Shown here in pieces: positions 12,841 to 24,987 of a stretch of DNA of 64,000 bases; positions within the stretch are counted from its first letter, which is position 1; every line of letters begins with the position of its first letter. The stretch covers positions 63,118,001 through 63,182,000 of the forward strand of contig NW_024704742.1 of assembly GCF_018977255.1 (NCBI RefSeq). The letters are read 5' to 3'. A program made the translations under genes and the position numbers. Source of the stretch: Callorhinchus milii. Its lineage: Eukaryota. The notes under the pieces were generated by a model. It did no database searches. It had not been told where the DNA came from and saw only the letters and a program-made list of their open reading frames with translations.

Positions 12841-13529
12841 CAGGTAAGAAAATCTTTGGCTTGCTGAAGGTATGTACCTTGAGCTTGTTGGACCTCAACT
12901 CAGGTAATCAAGGAAAAGCTTACAAAATCCAAAGTTGCACACAAAGAATGTACAGCATGGAAACAGGCCATTTAGCCCAACCAGTCTGTGCCGGTTTTAC
13001 TTCCTCCCATTCCCTTCTTTTTTTTTGTTTCGCCCACAAAATACAAGTCAATTACAATAATTCTGCGAAGTACTCTGAAATGTCTCATGATGTGATGAGG
13101 CACTAAATCAAATACAATGATTCTTCTTATTCTTCGTATTATTCTACCATCTAACAGAGCTACGTCTGAGGCAGCAGTAAGTTACAAGGGTCTTTCTCTA
13201 TCATTTTATTTTATTATTTTATTTTATTCTATCTAATCATTATTTGTCAAATACCTTGGAAACGGAAAATGTAATCAGAACTGATGTTGGATCATTTAAT
13301 GTCATTCTAGTTGTTTAAGGTTGAATTAATGCAGTCTTCAGTTGTGAAAAGTTTAATATTGTAATGAGAAAAGACACAACTGGCAGAGTGCAGGAATGTG
13401 AAGTCAGACTCTTAATGGCAGCAGAACCAGGTGAAGTACTGCTGTTGGCCACATTGCAGGGTTTAACTATTAAAAATCACAAGAGGTTTGGATGAAGAAT
13501 GCCCCTCGTGTCATTTATAATAATATTTG

Positions 13530-13930
13530 TGTCAGTTGGATGCACTCTCACTTCTGATTCATAATGTTGTGGGTTCAAACCCCAAGTCAGGATTTTGAAC
13601 TCATATAATCTAGACTATTGCTCCAAAGCACTGCATTGTCAGAATGCTGCACTTCATATGAGATGTTAGACTGAGGGCCTGTCCGCCAAGTACTTTAACA
13701 CCAGGGACGTTAAAGATCCTGTGGCACTGTTTGAAAAGAGAAGGGAGTTTCCTGGCAACAATCCCTCAAAACAAAATTGGTCCTTCACTTGATTGCTGTT
13801 TGTGTGCGAATTAGCTGCCACATTTACCTACAAAATACAGTCTCAACGCTTCACTATATATCATGTGAAGCTCTTTGAGATGTCCTCCCGATGTGAAAGG
13901 TGCTATATGAAATGTAAAATTTATTATTTT
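13530..13930 (+). mobile_element. Deu-domain SINE
   Basis: tRNA-like head with gtgggttcaaacccc, gttaaagatcctgtggcac, L2-type tail. Confidence 0.75.
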
Positions 13931-14309
13931 AACAATTCTTGCATTTCATATAGTGCCTAGTCACATTGTTGAAAACACTCAAAATGGTTCACAGGATTTT
14001 ACTGGAAAGTTTCATGAGAATACATTGTCCTGACGTCAATGACCCTTCCTCATAAGATGTTCCAGTTGCTAATCACCCCTTTTCAACCAATTTTGAATCT
14101 ATGTCCATGTTTTGCCTTTGATACCCAGTGACATCAGTTTGTGAAACAATCTTTAATTTTGTACTGAATGAAAAACCTTTCAAAGTTCTAGATACACTAC
14201 ATCACATGGCTTCCAATGGTCAATTTGGAATGTTATCACTTCAAAGAAAGACTGAGATTGGTCAGATAAGATCTACCCTTTCTGAACTAATTTGCGCTGA
14301 CATTTATTG

Positions 14310-14312
14310 GAT

Positions 14313-14345
<33 letters not shown>

Positions 14346-14653
14346 CCTTGCATTTGATATAGCGCTTTTCACGTCGGGAGGACGTCCCAAAGCGCTTCAC
14401 AGAACACACTGTAAAATGAATTGACTGTATATTTGTGGGCGAACGCGGCAGCCAATTGCGCACAGCAGTGTCCCACAAACAGTCGTAGATTAAAAATGAC
14501 CAATTTATTATTGTTTTGGGTTTTGGAGGGATTATTATTAGGCTCTGTGTGGAGTAAGGAAACTTGCCCAAGGTTTCGCCCTCTGCCTGGAATTGAACTC
14601 AGGTCTCTCACTTGCAAAGCGAGTGCTCTAACCACTGAGCTACAGGACTCCAT
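14310..14653 (-). mobile_element. Young tRNA(Ala-like)-derived SINE, short subfamily
   Basis: Head tggagtcctgtagctcagtggttagagcactcgctttgcaagtgagagacctgagttcaattcc with A and B boxes; L2-like hairpin tail; long (TTA)n. Confidence 0.9.
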
Positions 14654-14725
14654 GATTATTTTTATGCAAAGTAATCTTTCATTTTCTTTCTGATGACTGA
14701 TTTAATAATTTTCCAATGACATATG

Positions 14726-16126
14726 GAAATCTTATTGTGGAGGCAGAGGGCATGGCTGATGTGTTGAATGAGTACTTTGCATCTGTCTTCACAAAAGAAG
14801 TGGATGCACCAAATGCCGCATTATCGGAGGAGAGGGTAGAGGAAATGGATAGAATAAGTATAAACAGAGAGGAAGTATTGAAAAGGTTGACTGTGCTGAA
14901 GGTAGATAAGTCACTCGGTGCAGACGGGATGCTACCAAGATTACTATGGGAGGCACGGGTACAAATAGCAGAGGCTTTGGCTACAATTTTTCAATCTTTG
15001 TTGGACACAGGAGTGGTGCCAGAGGACTGGAGAGTGGCCAATGTGATTCCCCTGTACAAAAAGGGACAGAAGGACAAACCTGGGAACTAGAGGGAAGGGT
15101 ACAGTGGTGTCCCCAGGGATCGGTATTAGGACAACTGCTATTCTTAATGTACATAAATGATTTGGACTTGGATATAGCAAGTACCATTTCCAAGTTTGCG
15201 GACGACACAAAGTTAGGTAGGGTAGTAAACAGTGAGAAGGATAGCAGCCAACTGCAGGAAGATATAGACAGAATGGTAAAATGGGAAGACACACGGCAGA
15301 TGAATTTCAATGTGGAGAAATGCGAGATAATGCATTTTGGTAGAAAGAATGAGGGGAGGCAATATAGGCCGGTAATACAATCTTAATGGGTGTGAAGGAA
15401 CAGAAAGTCCTGGGGCTGCAGGTAAATGAATCCTTAAAGGTGGCAGGACAGGTAGATAAAGCTGTAAAAAAGGCATATGGGATACTAGGCTTTATAAATA
15501 GGGGCATAGAGTACAAGAGTCAGGAGGTTATGATTAACCTATATAAAACACTGGTTAGGCCTCAGTTAGAATACTGTGCCCATTTCTGGGCACAATGCTA
15601 TAGGAAGGATGTTAAGGCATTGGAAAGGGTGCAGAGGAGATTTATGAGGATGGTATCAGGAATGAGGGACCTTGACTATGAGGAAAGGCATGAGAGGTTA
15701 GGATTATTCTCATTGAAGCAGAGAAGGTTACGAGGAGACCTAATAGAGGTCTTCAAAATCATGAGGGGATTTGATAAGTTAGAAAGGGAAAAACTGTTTC
15801 CACTGGTGGGTGTGTCGGTAACTCGAGGTCACAGATTTAAAATAGTCTCTAAAAGAAGCAGAGGGGAGGTGAGAAGACATTTTTTCACACAACGAGTTGT
15901 TCGAATCTGGAACCCATTGCCTAAAGGGTGGTCGAGGCCGATTCGATAACTACTTTTAAAAACGCGATGGATGGGTATTTGAGGAAGACGGGTTTGCAGA
16001 GTTATGGGGAAAGGGCTGGGGAGTGGGATTGACATTACATTGCTCTATTCAAAGAGCCAGCACAAACTCGATGGGCCGAATGGCCTCTTTTTGTGCTGTA
16101 CGATTCTATGATTCTATGATTCTATG
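14726..16126 (+). mobile_element. Young CR1 LINE, 5'-truncated, with internal RT deletion near 15090; TSD ATATG
   Basis: ORFs 14716-15090, 14946-15386 and 15386-15949 carry CR1 motifs; (ATTCTATG)3 tail; ATATG at 14721-14725 and 16127-16131. Confidence 0.95.
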
Positions 16127-17845
16127 ATATGTCAAGCTAATGGCTCTGTAGTTGCCGGGTAATATTCTGTATATAGATAAGGGAACAACATTTGCTTGCT
16201 TCCAGTCTGTTAGCAATTTCCCTTGACTATTATTATTTGTGAGCCAACACTATAAAAAGATGCAGTTTATTAATCATGTAGCAGATGAATGATTTATTTA
16301 GAATGCCTGAAATGCAAAATCAATTGAGTGGTATAAAAATGAGATAGGTAGATGCTTTGGGAATAAGGGCAAAGAGAGAAATAGAGAAATAGCAAGGAAA
16401 CATGATTTGCAATATAAAATGCTGTCACATGAGTCTAATTTGCAGGTTGAGCTAACCATTTCAAATCATATGTGTGAAGAGAGAATTACAAATCTCTTTA
16501 ATTGACCACACTTTTGCCCACCCCTGCAGCTCGGGCTCCCAGTCAACTATGTGAAGTGGCTTGAGACGTTCTCCCAATGTACGTGAAAGGCATCATATAA
16601 ATGTAAGTTGCTGTCATTATGTTCCTGTATGTTCACATGCATACAATTGTATGTATCTTGCATTATATCAATTTATTCCTATTGCTGGCAAATATTACAC
16701 TTTCAGAAATTATTGTATAGTTGATACGAAATCGAAAACGTGCTTCAACAACAACTACAACAACATGAATTTATATAGCCCCATTCATATGGGGTGGGGT
16801 CTCAGAGCACTGAACAGTGGTAGAGTTTGAAACTAAGGTGTGGATGAAGGGGAGGTGACCATAGACACGGTCGACTAGGAGAGTCGATTGATTTCAAAGT
16901 CCATTGAGGTGCGATTTGAAGTTTGGCAAAGTGGTGGGATTCAGGCAGGGAGTTTCAGAGGTTTAAGGAGTAGTGGCTGAAGACACAGCCACTGATTGTG
17001 AAATAGAGGGTTAAGGGGACTTCTAGTTAAACTGAAGAAGAATGTCACAATACCCTTTTGGTCTGAAGTATGGTGCAGCACATTTCATTAGTGGCATAAT
17101 GGAGAAAGACTGAAACTTCATGAAATTGACATGGGAAAACAAAACGGTTGAACAAAGTAACAAGAAAGCAGGCTGAAATGAACATCTAGATGCAATGAAG
17201 TAAAACAAACTTGCATAACATGCTTTCCTTACCTGTTTCTTTTTTTAAATGAACAGCCTGTTGGAGTTCTTTGAATGATTCCTACATAAAACTGATGGTT
17301 CTCAACGGAATAGACATTTGAGCAGTATGAATGACCTATTGTATCTTTAGCTCTGTCAAATCATATATGTTTCCTCCTGTCTCACTCATATCTCATATTA
17401 TTGAAGCTGACAGTGAGCTGCTTCTGATATTGCCAAAGGTCCTGCAACCAATCACCCATCTGGAAGATACTCTGCCAATTCCTTACAAACCTTCTTTTTT
17501 CTTTTCTTCAGTTATGCCTCTGGCATGAGAATGACACTGTTGAATGATTGGTGCAATGGACTATCATCTTCTGATTCAGCTGCACATGACAGAATTATTC
17601 ATTTGAATTAGTTCCAGGGAGAGCAGAGAAATGTGGAGTGTTGGATACAGAAACTAGCAACAACTTTAAAAACGTGTAGATGTACCGTAAACCAAGATCT
17701 CACTATTAAAAAATATTTTTTTTCTAAGTCATTTCAATCACAATAATGCTAACAATCATTGAATTTGATAGAATGCCTTTAACTTAGACGACTCAACGCA
17801 CTTCACAGTATATACAGTGTAATTTGTAGGCAACAAGGCTGTGGA

Positions 17846-18050
17846 TTTGCACATAGCAATGTCCCAAAGACAGACATGAGTTGAATGACCAGTTTTATTT
17901 GTCTAGTGATAATAATTATTACTTTAGGATTTATTTGTATATTGTATTTCCTAACATGTCCAGAGTGTATTGGTTAGAGCCCTCACTTCACAAGCATGAG
18001 GACCCGGTCATTCAACTCATGTCTGTCTTTGGGACATTGCTATGTGCAAA
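17846..18050. repeat. Perfect 45-bp inverted repeat (17846-17890 and 18006-18050)
   Basis: tttgcacatagcaatgtcccaaagacagacatgagttgaatgacc and its exact reverse complement. Confidence 0.95.
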
Positions 18051-18335
18051 ACCCCTGGGTGGGTCGAAATCTTAGGCATGTTTCCTTACTCCACACGCCT
18101 CTGTTTACCTAGCAGTAAGTAAGAATCCGGTTGTTAGTCAGTTGGCAGATCCCTTTCTGGGGACAATAATCCCTTCAAAAAAAAATAATAATTTGTGGCA
18201 CACTGCTGTGCGCAATTGGCTGCCGCATGTCGCCCACAAAAATAGTCAATTTACTTTATAGTATATTCTTTGAACCTCTTTGAGACATCTCAACAACGTG
18301 ATAAGGCACTATATCAAATGCAAGGGTTATTATTA
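18051..18335 (+). mobile_element. Young tRNA SINE, 5'-truncated
   Basis: tttccttactccacacgcctctgtttacctagcagtaagt...tatatcaaatgcaagg followed by (TTA)n. Confidence 0.85.
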
Positions 18336-20277
18336 TACGCAGCAAGTTTCACAGTATTTGCAATGTGTCAGTATCACAATGATGTTTAGTCCACATCCAC
18401 TTTTTTCTCTGGATTTGAGTCCTGGAGATGTATACGCTTTAATGCATTCACTAAACATGTGAACTATTAATTTTCAGCCTTGCATCCTGGCAGCATTGCT
18501 CACAGAGTCTGAGTTTCTCACCTTGAGGAAATAATTGCATGTCACATGCTGTGCCCCACAGCAAACGTGCTTCCTGTCTGCTGAACACAAAAATTGAGCT
18601 GGTGTTATTTTTTGCATTACATGGTGCGGGTAGTGCAGAAATGAAAATGTTGAGCTTGAAAAGTAAATTTGATGATGAATAGAATAGCTTCAATCCCTCC
18701 CTTATTCTTTTGTACAGAGAGGGGCAAAAGTTACAACTGAGGATAAAATTAGAAGCCAGATAGTTTTGGGGTGTATTATGTAGTGGAAAATTTGGATTTT
18801 GTATTGTAATAGCATTATCTTGGATGGAATACAACCAACTAGTCAGGTTTTCAGCATTGTTTATTCCTAGTGCTAGTATATTAATATAATAATAAACCTT
18901 GATTTGATATAGTGTCTCATCATGTCATCAAACCATCTCATTGTGATTCACAGGAATTTTACTGTGAAGAGTAGTGACTGTATTTGTAGGCAACACAGCA
19001 ACCAATTTGTGCACCACAGTGTCCTACAAACAGCCATGACATGAAGAGAGGGATTTTTTTATTTGGGGTGATTGTTTGCAGGACACGGGTAGAAACTCCC
19101 TTCCCTTGATCTCATGATGTTTCTCATACTCCAAGAAAGAGCTTTAAGGAATTAATGCAAATGAAAAGCACTGTGAAGCCATTTGGAAGAAATTGCATTT
19201 GGGATCATACTATTGGCCAATAACATCATAAAGTCAGCAGTTTCAACCTAGTAATGAATGGACATGTGAAGCATTCTCAAATGTTCAAATATTCTTGCAA
19301 TTTACAAGCAGAATATTTCAGCATCAACTCTTGTGTGAGTGGCTTGTGTCACTGAGATTTGAGTTAAAAGCAGCCAAGGTATCTTTAAATGCACCACAAT
19401 TACCACTCGGCACAACAGCCTTTGCTTTAACATTGAAAATGTTTTAAGCAGAGCAAAATAGGTCGCTGTTAAGTAGTTTCCACAATGTTGATTACATGGA
19501 TGTATGGTACTAAGTTCCATTAGAAATGGTAGTAGTAGGAATTCATATTTTCCTCAGCATTTCACTTCAGCTTCATCTTTGAAGGTCATAGGATGATAGA
19601 AATGCAATGCACTGGAAAAGACCATTATGGTTTACTTGGCTGGGCTGTAAGTTTGAAAAATACGAAAAGATTCTCTATTTCACATTTCTTCAATCACTTT
19701 TTAAGCAAAACGATTATCTAGCTCCCTCCTGAATTTCTGAGATATCTAACTCTGCCCTGTCTTGTACTACTTTCTATGTAAAATAGTTAAATCTAAGCTC
19801 TCTTTTCACTTTCTCTCATTTGAATTTGATCCAGAAGTCATCGATTAACAAAGCTGATTCCAAAGATTTTAATCCCATTGTTTGTTGCTTGCATCTCCTT
19901 CATACTATAATGGAGTCTCGATACATCCCTTTAAGAATTACATTCCATTAAGAAGCAGATCCCATTGGAGAATAGTTCCTGAGGATTTGGCACCATGTGT
20001 TCTGAATTATGTTACTAGAATCTTTTATTAAGAAATATTGCAAATTGAACTCCATGTTTACCATTTTTTACTACAAGTTTAATTTATCCTTCATCCAGGA
20101 TAGCATCTCAGAGCACTGCACAGAGATGGGGTGGATGTTAACCAATGAAGAAGAAGGAGGCAGAGGTGTTTTTGATCAGGTAAATAATTTGGTTCATGTG
20201 GAGCATAAACGCCAGCATAGATCAATTGGGCCGAATGGCCTGTTTCTGTGCTGTATATTCTATGTAATTCTATGCAA

Positions 20278-20657
20278 TAATATAATAATAATCCTTCCAT
20301 TTGATATAGCGCCTTATCACGTCTTCGAAATTTCTCATAGTACTTCACAGAATATACTGTAAAATGAATTGGCTGTATGTTTTGTGGGCAAAACACAGCA
20401 GCCAATTGTACACAGCAGTGTCCCCCTAACAATCGTGGATTGAAGTGACCAATTTATTATAATTATTATTTTTTTGAAGGAATTATTATCCCCGGAAAAA
20501 TGATCCGCCAATCAACTAACAACTGGGTTCTTACTTTTAGGTATACAGAGGCATATGGAGTAAGGAAACTTGGCCAACATTTCACCCTACCGGGAATTGA
20601 ACCCAGGTCTCTCGCTTCCGAGGCAAGTGCTCTAACCACTGAGCTACAGGTCTCCAC
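20278..20657 (-). mobile_element. Young tRNA SINE, full length
   Basis: Reverse complement of the element at 30366-30742. Confidence 0.9.
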
Positions 20658-20979
20658 AGAAACACAATGGAAGTTTATTGTCCAACTCAAATACAAAGCC
20701 ACTTCAGATAGTTTCATTGTGTCACTTCACATGCCAAACTGATTACATATCATATTTGGATACCTAGAACTACACTACCCTGAAAAGATTATTTCATCAT
20801 CAAAGACCAACAGAGTTAAGCTTCTATGTAAACCAAACATAAAGCACTTGACCCTTATAAGTAGCTGCACAATAAGACAGAGAGCAGAGCTGATTGGAAA
20901 GCATTATGCTTTCAAAAGAAAGATATAAGGATAAGGCATGTAGCATCTCGATGCAATCCCAAGGTATCTGGCCTGGTGT

Positions 20980-21350
20980 CATTTTTTTCTTTTCCTCTTC
21001 CACCCTTCCCTCCTCAAACCCATTAATCCTGCTTCTGAAATATTGCTTCAATCCCCTCTTGACCTTTTTGCTGGCTTTGATTCTGTTGACCATTCTATTC
21101 TCCTCTGTCTCTCTTCAGTGGATTATCTGTATGGCTTTGACCTTGTGTGACTCTAGTCCTTTCTGTCCCATCACGATTTACACAGCTCCTTAATTGGCCA
21201 CACAGATGCAATTGCTTCCAATGGGCTCCAGGGCTCTATCTGCCCATTCATTCATATTCATTCATTCATTCATATTCCACATCTTAATGCTTCTCCTCTT
21301 TGCTGCATAGGGTCATATTCCATATGTATGCTGATGACAGCTAACTTTAA
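20980..21350 (+). mobile_element. Old L2 RT fragment
   Basis: Contains catatgtatgctgatgac (HMYADD) and a gctttgattctgttgaccat (AFDxVDH-like) remnant. Confidence 0.55.
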
Positions 21351-22314
21351 AAATATTCATCAGAGCAGATGGGGTGCAAACATCTCTGTCTGGGCGAGAA
21401 TGGCCATGTTCCCAGCACTGAAATTGATGAAGTGTGTGAGAGAGATCATTACTATTCTCACCTCATGACCTTCTGCAACACCAGAGAGTTTATTTGGAGG
21501 TTTTACTATAATTTCTTCAGGTAGGACCTGAACCATTGATCAAGTCCCATAGGAATTGATGTGCACAGGTCTCACCATCTAATCTTCTGAGGGATATTAA
21601 TGTCATTGAGAAAATGCAAGAGCAAGCAACCAAGATGTTTCTAGTTATCAAGAATATATCTTGCACAACACAAGATAAAGGAAAATCTGGAATTTGAAGT
21701 GACCTGATTTAATTTTTCTAAAATTATTGGGGAGAAATTCCACCTGGATCAAGGGTTAATGATACGTAAAGCACTTCTTTATTAGACTGTATATAAGGTA
21801 TAAAGTGGAAACTACAATTTCATCAACAAATGCAACATCTTGTATTTATATTCATCTGGGATAGTGTCTCAAAGCACTGAAGTTATCAGTTAAGATTTAT
21901 AGCTCCTTTCACGTTGGGAGGATGTCTTGAAGTGCTTTACAGTAGGATGGCTATTGTGCCATGGGTGAGAGCCAAGGATGGTGTGGAGGGAAAAAATACC
22001 TGAAAGTGGTCAAAGAGGTACGTTTTGAGATGTGCCCTGAAAGAGGGGAGGAAGGGAACCAATAATAGGGAGACTAAGTGGATACTCATGACATAGCACT
22101 GATGACAGGCACATTGTGTAGGATATAACTACTGTATTGTAAAAAAAAGTTTATCAAAACAATGTCTTTCAGACAAGAGCAATTGTCCTTAGTGATTTTT
22201 TTGTACGTTCTGCATTTTAGTATTTCAAGCACAAATATATTTTTCTCAGGTTATTTTGAGTTCCCCAGCAATATAATGTGTTGGTTATGGGTTTTCAAAC
22301 AGACATATACATAT

Positions 22315-22570
22315 GTGGAGTAGCGTAGTGAATAGCGCACTCACCTCGCAAGTGAAAGAACCCGGGTTCAAATCCCGGGCGGGGCGAAACCTTAGACAAG
22401 TTTCCTTACTCCACACGCCTCTGTTTACCTAGAAGTAAGTAGGAATCTGGTTGTTAATCGATTAGTAAATCGCTTTCCGGGTTTAATAATCCCTCAAAAA
22501 TAATTGAGTCACTCAATCCACGACTGTTTTGAAACATTGCTGTGCTCAATTGGCTGCTGAATTTTCACCC
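22315..22570 (+). mobile_element. Young tRNA SINE lacking its 3' tail
   Basis: Head with B box gggttcaaatcccgg, and body matching other copies. Confidence 0.85.
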
Positions 22571-22619
22571 TACTATCCTGTTATAGGACCTGTATTATTA
22601 TTAATAATAATTATGATAA

Positions 22620-23000
22620 TAATATAATCCTTTCATTTGATATAGCACTTTTCACATCAGAAAGAGGTTTCAAAGCACTTCAAAGGATACTGTAAAGTAG
22701 AATGAATGCGTATTTCGTGGGTGAACGTGACAGCCAATTTGCACACAGTAATGTCCCACTAACAGCCATGAAGTGAATGATCAGGACCTCGAGAGAAACT
22801 CCCTTTTCTTTTTCAAATAGTGCCATGGGAACTTTAATATCCTGAACAGGGAAACAGGACCTCAGATGATTTGAAGGACAGACCTCCAAATTTGGAATAT
22901 CAGACTCGACTAGATGAGTTTCAAGTCCAGACATTGGGCTTTGAGCCCATAAACTTTGTGACTCAGAGGCAAGAGTGCTATCAACTAAGCCAGACTGACA
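22620..23000 (-). mobile_element. Deu-domain SINE
   Basis: Reverse complement has ctctgagtcacaaag...cccatggcactatttg and the family tail. Confidence 0.7.
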
Positions 23001-23512
23001 CGCAATAAAATTCTGAATGTGTCCTGTAAAAACCAACCCCCACAAGAAAAGTTGCTCCTTTATCATTTTTCAGAAATGTAATACATTTGACAAACCAATC
23101 CAAGTCTTTTGTGTATACCAATATCTGCACTGATATTGCACTTCAAAGCAGTTCATCACCTGGAATAACATAAGTAGCGAGTGTCATTACTGTTTAACTC
23201 CTAAGTCAGAAACACTGCATGTTAATGCAGTTCCCAGATCATTGGAGGCTGGCATGTTAATTTGTAAAGAAATTACTGGTAAGTGTTAACACTGCTCAGA
23301 TGGGCTCACCAGTGCAGTAACAAGGTTACCATTCAGGTGTCTGACAACAGTGCAGCTGTGAGGATTATTAACAGAGAAAGATGTAGAGGTGAAACAATGT
23401 CTGGCATATATCTTGGCACTCAGCCTAGTCTGATTTCAGACTCACTGGGAAACAGATACTGGGTCGTGGAAGCTTCTCAGTGAACAAATTAGTGCACGGA
23501 CAAGGTCAATTC

Positions 23513-23980
23513 TGCACCTCCCTCCACAAGCTGCAGGTCATTCAGAACTCTGCAGCTCGTGTACTGTCCCGCACCAGGACCACATCACTCCCACGCTCGC
23601 TCGCCTCCACTGGCTCCCCATCCCCCAGAGGATCGATTCCAAGATCCTCATCCTCACCTACACGGCCATTCACGGCCTCGCTCCCTCCTACCTCTCTGAC
23701 CTACTATCCCCCTACCTACCTGCCCGTACCCTCCGTTCCTCTGGCTCCGGTCTGCTCCACATCCCCCGCCCCAACCGCCCTACCATCGGTTGCAGGGCCT
23801 TCAGCCTCTCAGCCCCTAGGCTTTGGAACTCTATCCCCCAGTGCCTTCGCCGCCTCCTCCCTTTCCTCCTTCAAGGCCGGTCTCAAGACCTTTCTCTTTG
23901 ACCGAGCCTTCGGCTCCCCTCTCGACTCTCTACCCCCTCCTCGCTCCCTCCCTTCCCTCCCCTCACCCTGACCATTTCCC
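23513..23980 (+). mobile_element. Young L2 fragment
   Basis: LHKLQVIQNSAARVLSR; CpG-rich; near-identical to the reverse complement of 52320-52785. Confidence 0.92.
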
Positions 23981-24275
23981 AGATTTTTCTATACATTTGC
24001 CTACAAATGCACAGTCACTACACTTTACAGTAAATCCAGTGAAGCACTTTAAGATGTTCTCCTGAATTGAAAGGCTCCATATCAAATGCAACAATATTGT
24101 TATTATTTATTACATTGGCTGAAGAGTGTTCAAACATTGGCTGTTGGATTTAAAAATCACGTTTAAAAAAGGTGGGAGAAACATGTGGCATTTCTTGTCC
24201 CGTGGTAATAATCTAATTTTGTTGCACTTAGATATTAGATCAAATTCTTCCCAATTCCAACTATGATTCTATGAT

Positions 24276-24648
24276 GTGGACTCCTGTAGCTCAACGGTTA
24301 GAGCACTTGACTCGCAAGCAAGAGAACCGGGTTCAATTCCCGACAGAGAGAAATCTTGGGCAAATTTCTTTATTCCACATGTTACTATGTACCTAGTAGT
24401 AAATAGGAACCCGGTTGTTAGTCCCTTTTCCAAGGTTAATAATTCCTTAAAAAAAAATAATAAATTGGTCATTCAATCCATGACTGTTTGTGGGACATTG
24501 CTGTTTGTGGGCAATTGGCTGCCGCGTTTCGCCCATAAAATATACAGTCAATTCACTTTACAGTGTATTCATTGAAGTGCTTTGAGATGTCTAGAAGAGG
24601 TGATAAGATGCTATATCAAGGATTCTTATCATTATTATGATTATTATG
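24276..24648 (+). mobile_element. Young tRNA SINE, full length
   Basis: Head, body and (TTA)-type tail all present. Confidence 0.9.
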
Positions 24649-24761
24649 ATGGTAAACATCATGAAATCACAAATCTTCTCTCCTCCACCCTCTGTGTAAA
24701 GAAAAACATTGTAGTATCTGTCGTACAATAGCCCATTACAACTCTGAACTTACGTTCTCTT

Positions 24762-24987
24762 ATAATAATCCTTGCATTTGATATAGCGCTTTATCACGTC
24801 TTTGAGACATCTCAAAGCGCATCACAGAATATACTGTAACATTAACAACCGGGTTCCTACTTACTACTAGGTAAACAGAGGCGTGTGGAGTAAGGAAACT
24901 TGCCCAATGTGTCACCTTGACTGGGAATCAAACCCAGGTCCTGTCGCTTGTGAGGCGAGTGCTCTAATCACTAAACACCAGGACTCC
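24762..24987 (-). mobile_element. Young tRNA SINE with internal deletion
   Basis: Head and body joined directly to the tail at about 24842. Confidence 0.85.

Noticed and set aside
14580..14653. tRNA-Ala-like genes at SINE heads
   Set aside because: The acceptor stem is not intact and each is followed by a SINE body; these are SINE promoters, not tRNA genes.
14128..14693. ORFs with poly-Ile or poly-Tyr runs
   Set aside because: These are translations of the (TAA)n SINE tail.
21243..21278. (CATT)n-like microsatellite
   Set aside because: Ordinary short simple repeat.
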